NCBI GenBank assembly: GCA_965217865.1
Contig: CBDCJO010000002.1
Location: forward strand, 4,672,001 to 4,736,000
Source of the DNA: Candidatus Latescibacterota bacterium
GTDB taxonomy: Bacteria > Latescibacterota > UBA2968 > SICM01
Direction of reading: 5' to 3'
DNA: 64,000 nt
Part shown: piece by piece, positions 28,338 to 39,322 of the stretch
Numbering within the stretch: position 1 is the stretch's first letter
How the letters are laid out: the number at the start of each line of letters is the position of its first letter
The notes under the pieces: model-generated
The model's input: only the letters and a program-made list of their open reading frames with translations
Told to the model about the DNA's origin: nothing
The model's database searches: none
Position numbers and translations under genes: made by a program

Positions 28338-29189
28338 GTGGATATCTCTTTACGCGCTTCAACCCACAGATCATGTATGGAGCAAAGCGTCCCTCACCAG
28401 ATGGTAAGCGACCTTCGGAGGACCCGAAAATACCGAGAACTATGTGAGGACACGCTTTATCGTGCGGCTTCCTGGGCTCTGATGCGTCACAAAACACCGA
28501 AGGAGGCTCTGAAGGCCGCCAAACGCAAACTTCATCAAGTATACGGGGCCTATTTGAACGGGATCGATTTCGGGAAGTTAGAGGACTGGATCGATAACCT
28601 GTCCTCCTCATCTTCTCAATCCTCCCTTCGAGAAACCTGCCTCCGGATCCTCGATTGCCAGACCTCCACGGCAGAACGGGTCCCAATTCTCGACTCGTGT
28701 TTTTCCGACCTTTTCCGGGAAACGGGTGAGCCGACGAGCATCCTGGACCTGGCGTGTGGGCTTAATCCGTTTGCCTTGCCGTGGATGGGCGTTTCCCCGA
28801 ATATGTCGTATTTCGCCTGGGATGTCGATAAACGGTTGATTTCAGCGACGAACGAATTTTTTATTCGTACGGGTCGGCCTCCCACGGCTGAGTTCCTGGA
28901 CGTCCTGGCCTCACCCCTGGACCTGCGCGTGGACGTGGTTTTCCTTCTCAAGTCGCTCCCCTTTCTGGAACAACAGGAAAAATGGTTCGGTGCCCGGTTG
29001 CTTCGTGAGGCGAACGCCCGGTTTGCGGTGATATCTTTTCCGGCCCGGTCGATCGGAGGGAGAGACAAAGGCATGGTGAGGCACTATGAACGGTTTATGG
29101 AGAAAATGACCGGGGAGCTCGGTTTATCAGTGAGCAAACATGTGTATCCGACGGAAACCTTCTACGCCTGCAACCTCGACGGCCGATAA
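28338..29189 (+). CDS. FmrO/Sgm/ArmA/Rmt-family 16S rRNA (guanine(1405)-N7)-methyltransferase homolog (alternative start 28377)
   Basis: KRKLHQVYGAY, STAERVPILD, ILDLACGLNPFA, LLKSLPFLEQQ, SFPARSIGGRDKGM match the family motifs. Confidence 0.88.
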   Translation: MDISLRASTHRSCMEQSVPHQMVSDLRRTRKYRELCEDTLYRAASWALMRHKTPKEALKAAKRKLHQVYGAYLNGIDFGKLEDWIDNLSSSSSQSSLRETCLRILDCQTSTAERVPILDSCFSDLFRETGEPTSILDLACGLNPFALPWMGVSPNMSYFAWDVDKRLISATNEFFIRTGRPPTAEFLDVLASPLDLRVDVVFLLKSLPFLEQQEKWFGARLLREANARFAVISFPARSIGGRDKGMVRHYERFMEKMTGELGLSVSKHVYPTETFYACNLDGR

Positions 29190-29277
29190 GCGAGGTTGAC
29201 GGGTAACCGGACCCGGCATTCGCGGGCGATGTCATGGCGTATTGTTAAACCTTCATCCGAAAAGAAAGGGATTGAAT

Positions 29278-30690
29278 ATGCCAACTCAGGATATCTCCTT
29301 CAGGGAAAGTGTAGATCGAATGGCCGGCCGTGCCGCTGCGACTTTGGACTTGCCACCGGGCCTTGCCGAGCAGATCCGGATCTGCAACAATGTCTATCAG
29401 GTCCGCTTCTTTGCGAAGTTACGCGATGGCTATCGAACGTTTACGGGTTGGCGGGCCGTCCACAGCGATCACCGGTTACCTGTGAAAGGAGGCATCCGGT
29501 TTTCCCCGCACGTGGGTCAAGATGAGGTAGAGGCACTGGCCGCTTTGATGTCCTACAAGTGCGCGATCGTGGACGTACCATTCGGCGGTTCCAAGGGAGG
29601 GCTCTGCATAGACCCAAAGGAGTTTCATGAATCCCAGTTGGAAAGGATCACCCGCAGGTTCGCTCAGAAACTCTCGGAAAAGGGATACATCAGTCCCAGC
29701 CTGAACGTGCCCGCTCCGGACATGGGGACGGGGGCAAGGGAGATGGGCTGGATCGTCGATACTTACCAGATGCTTCATCCGGACGACATTAACGCGATCG
29801 CCTGCGTCACCGGAAAGCCTGTGACGCAGGGGGGCATACGGGGTCGGGTCGAGGCGACGGGTCGGGGCGTTCAGTATGGCCTCAGGGAGTTTTTCCGTCA
29901 TCCTGAAGATGTCTCAAGCGCGGGTCTCGAGGGTTCTCTGGAAGGAAAGCGGGTCGTGGTTCAGGGCCTTGGGAATGTGGGCTACCACGCAGCAAAATTC
30001 CTTTCAGAGGAGGACGGCGCGTTGATCGTAGGTATCATCGAACGTGACGGTGCCATCGTGTCCGAAGGGGGGCTTCCGGTGGAGGATGTCGCGGCCTTTA
30101 AAAAAGGACACGGCGGAATCATGGGATATTCAGGCGGGACCTACATCGAGGATGGGAATTCAGTGCTGGAGGCCGAATGTGATATCCTGATCCCGGCCGC
30201 GCTGGAGGGCCAAATCCACTCCGGGAATGCCCCCAGGATCCGGGCCCCCTTGATTGCCGAAGCGGCAAACGGTCCGATCACCTACGAGGCGGACAACTTC
30301 CTCCGGCAACAGGGAAAGGTGATCATTCCGGATGCCTATCTGAATGCAGGAGGTGTGACGGTCTCTTATTTCGAATGGATCAAAAATCTCTCCCACGTCC
30401 GCTTCGGCCGTCTGGACCGGCGGCACGAAGAGGTAAAAGGCAGACAGGTCATCGAAATCATCGAGACGATGGTGGGACGGCCCGTCCCGGAGCATTTGAG
30501 CGCAAAGCTTTGCCAAGGCGCTGATGAACTCGATCTCGTCCGGTCCGGGTTGGACGACACGATGCGACAGGCCTACAACGAAATCCGTGAAACCTACCTC
30601 TCCAACGACGCGGTGCCGGATCTCCGCACGGCCTCGTACGCCATCGCCATTGAAAAAATTGCGCGAAGTTATCTCGAATTGGGGCTTTGA
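29278..30690 (+). CDS. gdhA: Glu/Leu/Phe/Val dehydrogenase (glutamate dehydrogenase)
   Basis: KGGIRF, PFGGSKGG, VPAPDMGT, QGLGNVG, NAGGVTVSYFEW. Confidence 0.92.
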   Translation: MPTQDISFRESVDRMAGRAAATLDLPPGLAEQIRICNNVYQVRFFAKLRDGYRTFTGWRAVHSDHRLPVKGGIRFSPHVGQDEVEALAALMSYKCAIVDVPFGGSKGGLCIDPKEFHESQLERITRRFAQKLSEKGYISPSLNVPAPDMGTGAREMGWIVDTYQMLHPDDINAIACVTGKPVTQGGIRGRVEATGRGVQYGLREFFRHPEDVSSAGLEGSLEGKRVVVQGLGNVGYHAAKFLSEEDGALIVGIIERDGAIVSEGGLPVEDVAAFKKGHGGIMGYSGGTYIEDGNSVLEAECDILIPAALEGQIHSGNAPRIRAPLIAEAANGPITYEADNFLRQQGKVIIPDAYLNAGGVTVSYFEWIKNLSHVRFGRLDRRHEEVKGRQVIEIIETMVGRPVPEHLSAKLCQGADELDLVRSGLDDTMRQAYNEIRETYLSNDAVPDLRTASYAIAIEKIARSYLELGL

Positions 30691-30774
30691 TGATGCTTAG
30701 GTGGGGATTGTGCGGAGAACAGGAAGGATATTAATTGAGATCTGAATTCCGTTGTCTCCAGGTTGCTGATGTTT

Positions 30775-31443
30775 CTAATCGTCTTCTTTTTCCCAGAATC
30801 CTATTTTCTCGAACGGGTTTAGAATACTCGAGGTGATATTCAGTATATGCGCTGCTATTCTCTTCAGGTATCGGGCATAGAGCGCGGTTGCAACGGCATC
30901 CGTTGAGTCCATGGAACTATTCGAATTTATCAATTGTATGACGACGTCATCACAAACCTTGGCTATCCAGCTGCTTGAATCCCACAACTCCTCGGCGGCT
31001 TGTTTGTCGGACGATTTAAAGGCCGGGACGATCCCTTCGAATAAGTGCGTGACCCCCTTCTCGATCCTCTGAATATCCTCCTCAAAACGATCGCAAACCA
31101 ATCTTTTGGGATGGGCAACCGCCAGGTCCACGATGTTCTTGGTATAGTCTCCGATTCGTTCGATGTCGATGACAATGCTCGTCAGGATCAGACCTGGAAT
31201 CATGTTCATCCCCCCGGTGATGGCCAGGTGTTTCATGACCTTCCTCCGCACATCCCGCTCATACTCATTCACAGTTTGATCCATCTCATAGATGTTGTCG
31301 ATCTCTCCATCTTCACTTTCTCGGAGGGATTTCACCGATTCCCTGAACATCTGGTACGTGGTGTCAAGCATGGTGTGGGAATTGTTCAGGGCTTGAGTGA
31401 GTGAGTTGTCCGATCTCCAGAGTTCGATCAATTCTTTAAACAT
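30775..31443 (-). CDS. PhoU-domain protein
   Basis: DQTVNEYERDVRR, DIERIGDYTKNI, RYLKRIAAH. Confidence 0.85.
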   Translation of the reverse strand: MFKELIELWRSDNSLTQALNNSHTMLDTTYQMFRESVKSLRESEDGEIDNIYEMDQTVNEYERDVRRKVMKHLAITGGMNMIPGLILTSIVIDIERIGDYTKNIVDLAVAHPKRLVCDRFEEDIQRIEKGVTHLFEGIVPAFKSSDKQAAEELWDSSSWIAKVCDDVVIQLINSNSSMDSTDAVATALYARYLKRIAAHILNITSSILNPFEKIGFWEKEDD

Positions 31444-31448
31444 ATGAA

Positions 31449-32537
31449 TCACCCCAAGAAATAAATCAAAATGAGTGGTATGAGGAAAAATACAACTCCG
31501 ATGTAGGCCACCGGAATCATTTTAGATCTCAATGACCATTCGGCCAAATTTTGGGAAAGGCGGAGGGGGATTTCCCTGATCCGCCAAATTATGGCGATAC
31601 CGAAAAGGTTGAATAAGAGATGCGCAAAAGCAACGGTGACGGCCGCCTGGGATCCGGTTACGAGAGAGGCCAAGAATGCCGTGATGGTCGTGCCCACGTT
31701 CGACCCGAGCGTAAACGGAAAAATTTGTCGAATAGTTAGGATTCCGGCCCCCGCCAGGGGAATGACAAGAGAGGTGGTGATAGAACTGCTCTGAACCAGC
31801 ACGGTAATGGCGATCCCCAGGAGCATCGCACGGATCGCGTTCTTGAACAAAACGGTGTTAAAGAAGGCTTCGATTTTTCCCAGCACCAGGCCTTTGAGGT
31901 TGACCACGATATAACGGAGGGCAAGGAAAAGAAAAGCAATGGAGATGATCAACATCCAGATGCCAGATCCGGACGTGAGACCTATGATCAGGTTTACGGA
32001 AGGGTCCACAATAATCTTGAGTGGATTGACAAGTTTGAATCCGCCGATGCTGCTGAACTGTCCTCCAATGAAGACAGCCGAGATTTCCAGGAAGTTTGTG
32101 GCCAACTGGAGAGGAAACAGGATAATCACGGCGATCAGGTTAAAAAAATCGTGAATTGTAGCCGCAGAGAAGGCCCGTTTGAATTCTCCGGATCTCGAAA
32201 TATGGCCCACGGATACCAGCGTATTGGTGACGCTTGTACCGATGTTCGCGCCCATGATGATCGGTATGGCTCGAGAGACGTCCAGGGCGCCCCCGGCCAC
32301 GAGCCCAACCGTCATCGATGTGGTCGTTGAAGAACTTTGCACGAGACTCGTGGCAAGCACGCCGATAAAAAGGCCCACAAAGGGATTGGCCGTGGTCGCG
32401 AGAAGCACCTCGGCAAATCCCTTTCCGAAAAACTTAAAGGAGGCCCCCATCAACTTGATGCTTACAAAGAACAGGTAGAGCAAAATCAACAGAAGGATCA
32501 ATCTAATTAGAGGATTAACACCTGACTGTCGGTCCAT
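31449..32537 (-). CDS. Na/Pi cotransporter (SLC34/NptA family)
   Basis: Two QSSS repeats and GANIGT/GSNVGT motifs. Confidence 0.92.
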   Translation of the reverse strand: MDRQSGVNPLIRLILLLILLYLFFVSIKLMGASFKFFGKGFAEVLLATTANPFVGLFIGVLATSLVQSSSTTTSMTVGLVAGGALDVSRAIPIIMGANIGTSVTNTLVSVGHISRSGEFKRAFSAATIHDFFNLIAVIILFPLQLATNFLEISAVFIGGQFSSIGGFKLVNPLKIIVDPSVNLIIGLTSGSGIWMLIISIAFLFLALRYIVVNLKGLVLGKIEAFFNTVLFKNAIRAMLLGIAITVLVQSSSITTSLVIPLAGAGILTIRQIFPFTLGSNVGTTITAFLASLVTGSQAAVTVAFAHLLFNLFGIAIIWRIREIPLRLSQNLAEWSLRSKMIPVAYIGVVFFLIPLILIYFLG

Positions 32538-32710
32538 GGGGCCTGTGGGTTGGAGGGTTGGATTTTCCTAAATCCGACACGTTCTTCGGGTATGGGTCTA
32601 TCGAAATCTGGATATGGGACTTTAACTATAGGTGAGCTGAAGAGATGGCTCTTCGAGGGAGGGAAGAAGGTCTGTGTCGAATTAGAAGGATTGTGTAGAC
32701 GGAGACGGCA

Positions 32711-33732
32711 TTATTCGTGAAACTTTTCGTCGTTCTTCTCGATCTTGGAAGAGAGCTGGACGGCCTTTCGGCGTCCGACCAGTCCAGGACGTCCCAGGAA
32801 CTTGGGTTTTGTCCCGACGAAGACGACGGTGGGTTCCTTCACCCGCGTGTCGAGCTTCAACACGTCACCCACTTGGAGTTTCAGCACATCTTTGAAGGTG
32901 ACCCCTCTGCTTTCCCAAGGACCGCCCGGATCGGGGCCATCACCTGTGTTACCTGAGAAAGGCGGTGAACCTTTTCGGACTCCTTTCGCCCCTTTTCCCG
33001 ATATGCCCAGTTCTGCACGTTGAGCAGGTTGATGACGGGTTCCAGGGTAAAAAACGGGTAGCAGAGGTTCACCAGGCCGGAGGCGTGCTGGCTGTTGATC
33101 TCGAAAGCGATCAGGAGGACGGTGTCCGAAGCCGCGGCGACCTGCATAAATTCGGGGTTGGTCTCCAGTTCCGCATCCGACATCTGGATTTTCAGCAGGG
33201 TTTCCCAGGTGGCCTCCAGATCCTCCAGAGTGCGGGCCACCACTTTGCCCATCACGCTCCGTTCGATCGAGGTGAGCACGCGCGCATCTCCGGATGATGG
33301 TGTGCTTCCTTTCCCCCCGAACTGGCGATCCACGAAAGAATAGGCCACCGGCAGGGCAAAATCGATCACCGCCGGTCCGCCCAGGGGTTCTATGGCGAAG
33401 ACGTAGGAGCAGGACGGGTTGGACAGAGACATGATGAACTCTGCATATGTGGTCTGGTCCACAAAAGCGATGTCGGCGTCCACCACCGCCCGCTGGAGGT
33501 TGGAGAACGAGGCGGCTAGGTTTCTGGCAAGGCTGGAGTGGATGTTCTCCAGGGTGCGTATCTGATCCTTAGAGACCCGGTTGGGGTGTTTAAAGTCGTA
33601 GGTCACAACAGGCTTGATCGGGGCTGCGGCTGACTTGACCTCCCGACCACCCCCCCCACCCCCTCCCGACTCGGAACTGCCTGTGGCCGTTAGAAGGGCA
33701 TCTATCTCATCCTGTGACAGTATGTCTGGCAT
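32711..33732 (-). pseudogene. fliM: Flagellar motor switch protein FliM, frameshifted at a G4 run (32902-32905) before the SpoA domain
   Basis: MPDILSQDEIDALL CheY-binding peptide, YDFKHPNRVSKDQIRTL, ETNPEF. The shifted frame continues VTFKDVLKLQVGDVLKLD...PKFLGRPG...to TAA at 32711. Confidence 0.88.
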
Positions 33733-34157
33733 GCAGATTTCCTCCGGATCTATGGCCAAATCTTAAACGAAAAATCGGATGCTGACCGGACCCGAACGCC
33801 AAAATATTCCGGGTCCTTATCTCTAATTTTCGTCAAATTCGATAATTCCTTGACCCCTTAAATAACGTATGATATATTCAGTGGTGAACAAAATTATACT
33901 AAACTTCGATCCTGTGAGGATGTTACCTAACGAACAATATAAGAAAATTCCGTCCTAATTTCAACAGATTACCTTATTTCTAATCAGCTTTTGTTGAAAT
34001 CGAAAGGACTTGAATCGTAAAATGCGCCGAGTGAATATCTCAGACCGGGGAGAGTCCTGGGACTGCGGGGCAACCACTTTCCCCCATCTATTCCGTCCGA
34101 TTCGCTTGAACCCTGGCATAGGACAAAATATCATTAAACGGAATCCTGGAGGAAGAA

Positions 34158-35771
<1,614 letters not shown>

Positions 35772-35792
35772 GATCGCCCGAGGAGAATTCAC

Positions 35793-35821
35793 TTGACAAT
35801 CAAAAGGCCTCGCATTATGTT
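35793..35821 (+). promoter_or_regulatory. Putative sigma70 promoter
   Basis: TTGACA-N17-TATGTT. Confidence 0.6.
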
Positions 35822-35989
35822 CACAGAAATTCAGGACCTTCGGCAGTTTCCTACAAGGGTTCTGCGCGGCCTCTCTAGCCGGGAGGAATTCGGGTGGGAG
35901 AGTGCACCTGCCCGATTTCTAGAGCTTCTCCGGGAATGAACCCCACATCCAATGTGTGCGGGTTTTTTCGTTTTTGACAGGATTTCGGA

Positions 35990-38900
35990 ATGCGCAACGA
36001 TCGCAGCATAACCAGACCATCATCCGCGGGGTGGAAACGGAAGGTCTTGATCCACCTGGCCTTGGTTTTTGGAATAGTCGTATTCGGTCTCCTTCAAGGG
36101 CCGATTTCCCGGGCGGCAGAAAGCCTTTCCCCTTCGGGGAAGGCCCGGGTCGATTCCCTGATGCGGAAAGCCGACCAGCGGTTGAGTGATGGGGATATCC
36201 GGGGAGCCGGGTCCGTTTTCGAGGAGGTCATAACGATCGACCCCGAACACGCGGTCGCTCTTCGGTTGCTCGGGGCGATCTATCTTGGGGAAGGACGGCT
36301 GGATGAGGCGGAGGAGGTGCTTCAGATGTCTCTCAAGATCGAAGACTCCGGGGACACCTGGTATGGTCTGGGGATGGCGACGGCCCCGGGGGACATCGCC
36401 GAAAAGCGATTGGCCGTCACCCGATTCCGAGAAGCCCTGAAGCGGAACCCGCGGCTAATCGATGCCCGGTTTCAACTTGCTGTTGTCCTGCACGCCCTGA
36501 AAGAGCCGGATGCGATCGTTGAGATGGAGGGTGTGGTGAGGATGGATTCGACCCGTTCTGCGGCTTATGAAGCCCTCTCCAGATGGGTCGAACCAGGACC
36601 GGATGGCATGCAAAAATCAATCGAATGGTGTGAGCGGGGTTTGAAGCTGCATCCTGGCGACCCGGCCCTTCAGATTCGGAAGGCAGAACTAAAGCTGATT
36701 TCCGGGAAAGAGGAATCCGAGGCGGTGGCGGAATTGTTGGCTCTTTTCAAAAAGTGGCCCAAGCAGGTTCGAAGACTTCCCCAGGACCTCCTTCCAAGGA
36801 TTTCTCTCGCTTTGATCGCGAATGAGAAGTGGGAACCCGCTTACGAGGCCTTTCGCGCTTTTCTGGATCGGTCCAGCCCTCAGGTGCGTGCGTTTTTTGA
36901 GGATATCTCCCTGGTCGGCACCGTGGCGGAGGTGGAGGCCTTCTACAAACTTGAACCCTCGATGGTGGACGTATTCCTGGCGCAGTTCTGGGCCCGGCGG
37001 GACGTGGATCTGACCTCGGGTGTCAATCGCAGGCGGCTGGAGCATTACCGGAGGATCTGGATCGCCATGACGGAGTTTCCGGGAGCTGTGGGCCCCTGGG
37101 ATCGGAGAGGCGAGATCTACATTCGGTATGGGGACCCCGATTTTCGGCAGACCAGCGACAATCCTGATTTCGAGGGGGGGATGGACCCCAGGGTTCGGGC
37201 TGTCCGAAAGCGCACAGCTTCCCGAATCTACGGTCCCGCGATGGCGAGAGGGGAGGACATGAAAGCCATCGTCAATGCCCTAGGGGGAAAATTGGAGGAT
37301 AACAACCTCGATACCTCGGTAAGATCGCTTATAAGGGGAAGTCAAACACAGGCTACTTCGGATGAAGATTCAACCTTTGTGGGGGAATTCATGGCCGAGA
37401 GCTTTGACGCGATGAGTGCGTCTGCGGTCGATATGATGGAGTTTTTCAAGGGTCCCGCCTATCCGGTGAAGAACTCCGAACATGGGTTCACGATTGTAGC
37501 GGCCGGGGGATTCACATCCTCTCGTTGGGAGAGCTGGATCTACTTCCGGGTCGGCGGCGGGATGGAGTTCGTCTTTACGGATGATGACAATAACGGCGAC
37601 TACGAATTCCCCGGCGTCCCCGTCTTCACACCTACGCTAAAAACAGGTGAGATGAAGCGATTGGCGCGCATCGGATTGGCCTCCAAACTCCGGGTGGAGG
37701 CGCCTGAGGAGGTCTTTCGTGCACTAAAAATGGATGCCCCGGCATTGTATATCCCGGAGACGCTGGCCGAGCCCCTTGTTGTCGATGTGGCCACCGTAGA
37801 TTTTCGGGGGGTGGGCGACAGTTCGCGCGTGGAAGTCCATCTGGAGCTGCCCTCGGCCCAGTTCGATCTGGAGGGTCAGGATTGGTCAGGGGAACGGCTG
37901 GTGGTCGTATACGATCTGGCATGGCGAGAGGTTCGCCGATCCATCGGGCGTTCCACACTCAACGGGTTTGGGGGGTTTCTGGATGTGGCCAAATTGAATC
38001 TTCTTCCGGATGAGTATTACATTGCTGTAAGGGTAAAAGACCCGGTGTCCAAGCGAAGTCGGTTATACCGGGACAGGCTTCTTGCCGCGGATTATAGAGG
38101 GGACGCACTCGGGTTGAGCGGGATCCTGCTTTCCCGGGATATCTCACCCGCCTTGGAGGAGGGAAAATTCGTGAGGAACGGGCTTCGTGTGATCCCCGTG
38201 CCATCCCGGGTGTTCGACCTTGAGCAGGATCTCTACGTCTACTTCGAGATCTACAACCTCTCCCAAATTTCGAGTGGGCAGACCCGTTATCGGGTCGACT
38301 ACAATGTCCGGGGGATGAAGAAAAAAAGAGGCATCTTCGGGAGGCTGACCGGACGAGGCAAAAATCGTCGTGACGTCACCGTCTCCTATGAATACGGCGG
38401 AGAGTTGCGGGATGACACGGTCTACAATGCGCTCGATCTAAAAAAGAGCAAGGGGGGTGTGGATACCCTGGAGGTGACGGTCAAGGATCTCAATAGCGAA
38501 CAGAAAGCCAGCAAACAAACGTATTTTACCCTGGTGTCCGCGAAGGAGATCACCAAAAGGGATCGGGAAATGAGGAAGCGGGAGGCCAGGATAAAGAAGG
38601 ACTACAGCGTGGCCGGTTCGGCTGACGGGAACCGCGAGGGGGGGAGTTTAAAGGAGGCCTTTCGTAAGCGGCATAAAGTCCTCCGGGGTGGGGAGATGGT
38701 CTATGTGCCGGGAGCCGGGTTCTGGATCGATCAATTTGAGGTGACAAACGCCGCGTATGCGGAGTTTGTCAACGAAACCCTGCATCGCGTTCCTAAGGTT
38801 TCGGACCCGGTCTCCGTCGGGATGGCGGGTTGGAACATGTGGCAGGGAAAGTCCCCGCCTTTGGGTTGCGAGGACTACCCCGTCGTGGGTGTTAGCTGGA

Positions 38901-39292
38901 AGGATGCCGTTGCGTATTGCGAATGGGCGGGCAAACGATTGCCGAAGTATAAGGAATGGAGACGGGCGGCACACGGGCAGGAGATGCGAAGATATCCCTG
39001 GGGGAGGATGAAACCAAACAGAAGACTTGCGAACTATGGGGATAAGGTCGGGCATCCGATGGACGTGGGGAGTTATCCGGACGGCGCGAGCGCTTTCAAG
39101 GCTTTCGATTTGGGTGGCAACGTCTGGGAGTGGACTTCGACCTCAGGTGGAAGAAAGCGCCGGGTCATCTGCGGGGCGTCGTGGTATTCCCGGTCCCTCT
39201 TCCTCCAGAGTGGGAAACACTACGACTGGGAGGCGGGACATCGAAACGAAATTATCGGTTTCCGATGTGTGAGATCGGATAAGGGGCCATAA
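35990..39292 (+). CDS. TPR + GWxTD-domain + FGE-sulfatase(SUMF1)-like domain exported protein
   Basis: N-terminal TM/signal and TPRs; FWARRD..NRRRLEHYRRI..GPWDRRGEIYIRYGDPD (GWxTD); C-terminal IDQFEVTN, PVVGVSW, RLP, GNVWEW, GFRC. Confidence 0.85.
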   Translation: MRNDRSITRPSSAGWKRKVLIHLALVFGIVVFGLLQGPISRAAESLSPSGKARVDSLMRKADQRLSDGDIRGAGSVFEEVITIDPEHAVALRLLGAIYLGEGRLDEAEEVLQMSLKIEDSGDTWYGLGMATAPGDIAEKRLAVTRFREALKRNPRLIDARFQLAVVLHALKEPDAIVEMEGVVRMDSTRSAAYEALSRWVEPGPDGMQKSIEWCERGLKLHPGDPALQIRKAELKLISGKEESEAVAELLALFKKWPKQVRRLPQDLLPRISLALIANEKWEPAYEAFRAFLDRSSPQVRAFFEDISLVGTVAEVEAFYKLEPSMVDVFLAQFWARRDVDLTSGVNRRRLEHYRRIWIAMTEFPGAVGPWDRRGEIYIRYGDPDFRQTSDNPDFEGGMDPRVRAVRKRTASRIYGPAMARGEDMKAIVNALGGKLEDNNLDTSVRSLIRGSQTQATSDEDSTFVGEFMAESFDAMSASAVDMMEFFKGPAYPVKNSEHGFTIVAAGGFTSSRWESWIYFRVGGGMEFVFTDDDNNGDYEFPGVPVFTPTLKTGEMKRLARIGLASKLRVEAPEEVFRALKMDAPALYIPETLAEPLVVDVATVDFRGVGDSSRVEVHLELPSAQFDLEGQDWSGERLVVVYDLAWREVRRSIGRSTLNGFGGFLDVAKLNLLPDEYYIAVRVKDPVSKRSRLYRDRLLAADYRGDALGLSGILLSRDISPALEEGKFVRNGLRVIPVPSRVFDLEQDLYVYFEIYNLSQISSGQTRYRVDYNVRGMKKKRGIFGRLTGRGKNRRDVTVSYEYGGELRDDTVYNALDLKKSKGGVDTLEVTVKDLNSEQKASKQTYFTLVSAKEITKRDREMRKREARIKKDYSVAGSADGNREGGSLKEAFRKRHKVLRGGEMVYVPGAGFWIDQFEVTNAAYAEFVNETLHRVPKVSDPVSVGMAGWNMWQGKSPPLGCEDYPVVGVSWKDAVAYCEWAGKRLPKYKEWRRAAHGQEMRRYPWGRMKPNRRLANYGDKVGHPMDVGSYPDGASAFKAFDLGGNVWEWTSTSGGRKRRVICGASWYSRSLFLQSGKHYDWEAGHRNEIIGFRCVRSDKGP

Positions 39293-39322
39293 GGAGCCCC
39301 TCCGATAGGCCGGATCCATGGG

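Noticed and set aside
33640-33670. C-rich tract in fliM as a phase-variation site
   Set aside because: Interrupted run encoding an in-frame poly-Gly linker.
35817-35939. 40-codon ORF in the leader as an attenuator peptide
   Set aside because: Its ATG overlaps the predicted -10 box, it has no RBS, and it has no run of regulatory codons.
38695-39292. FGE/CLec-fold domain as a diversity-generating retroelement target
   Set aside because: No reverse transcriptase or template repeat seen in the window.
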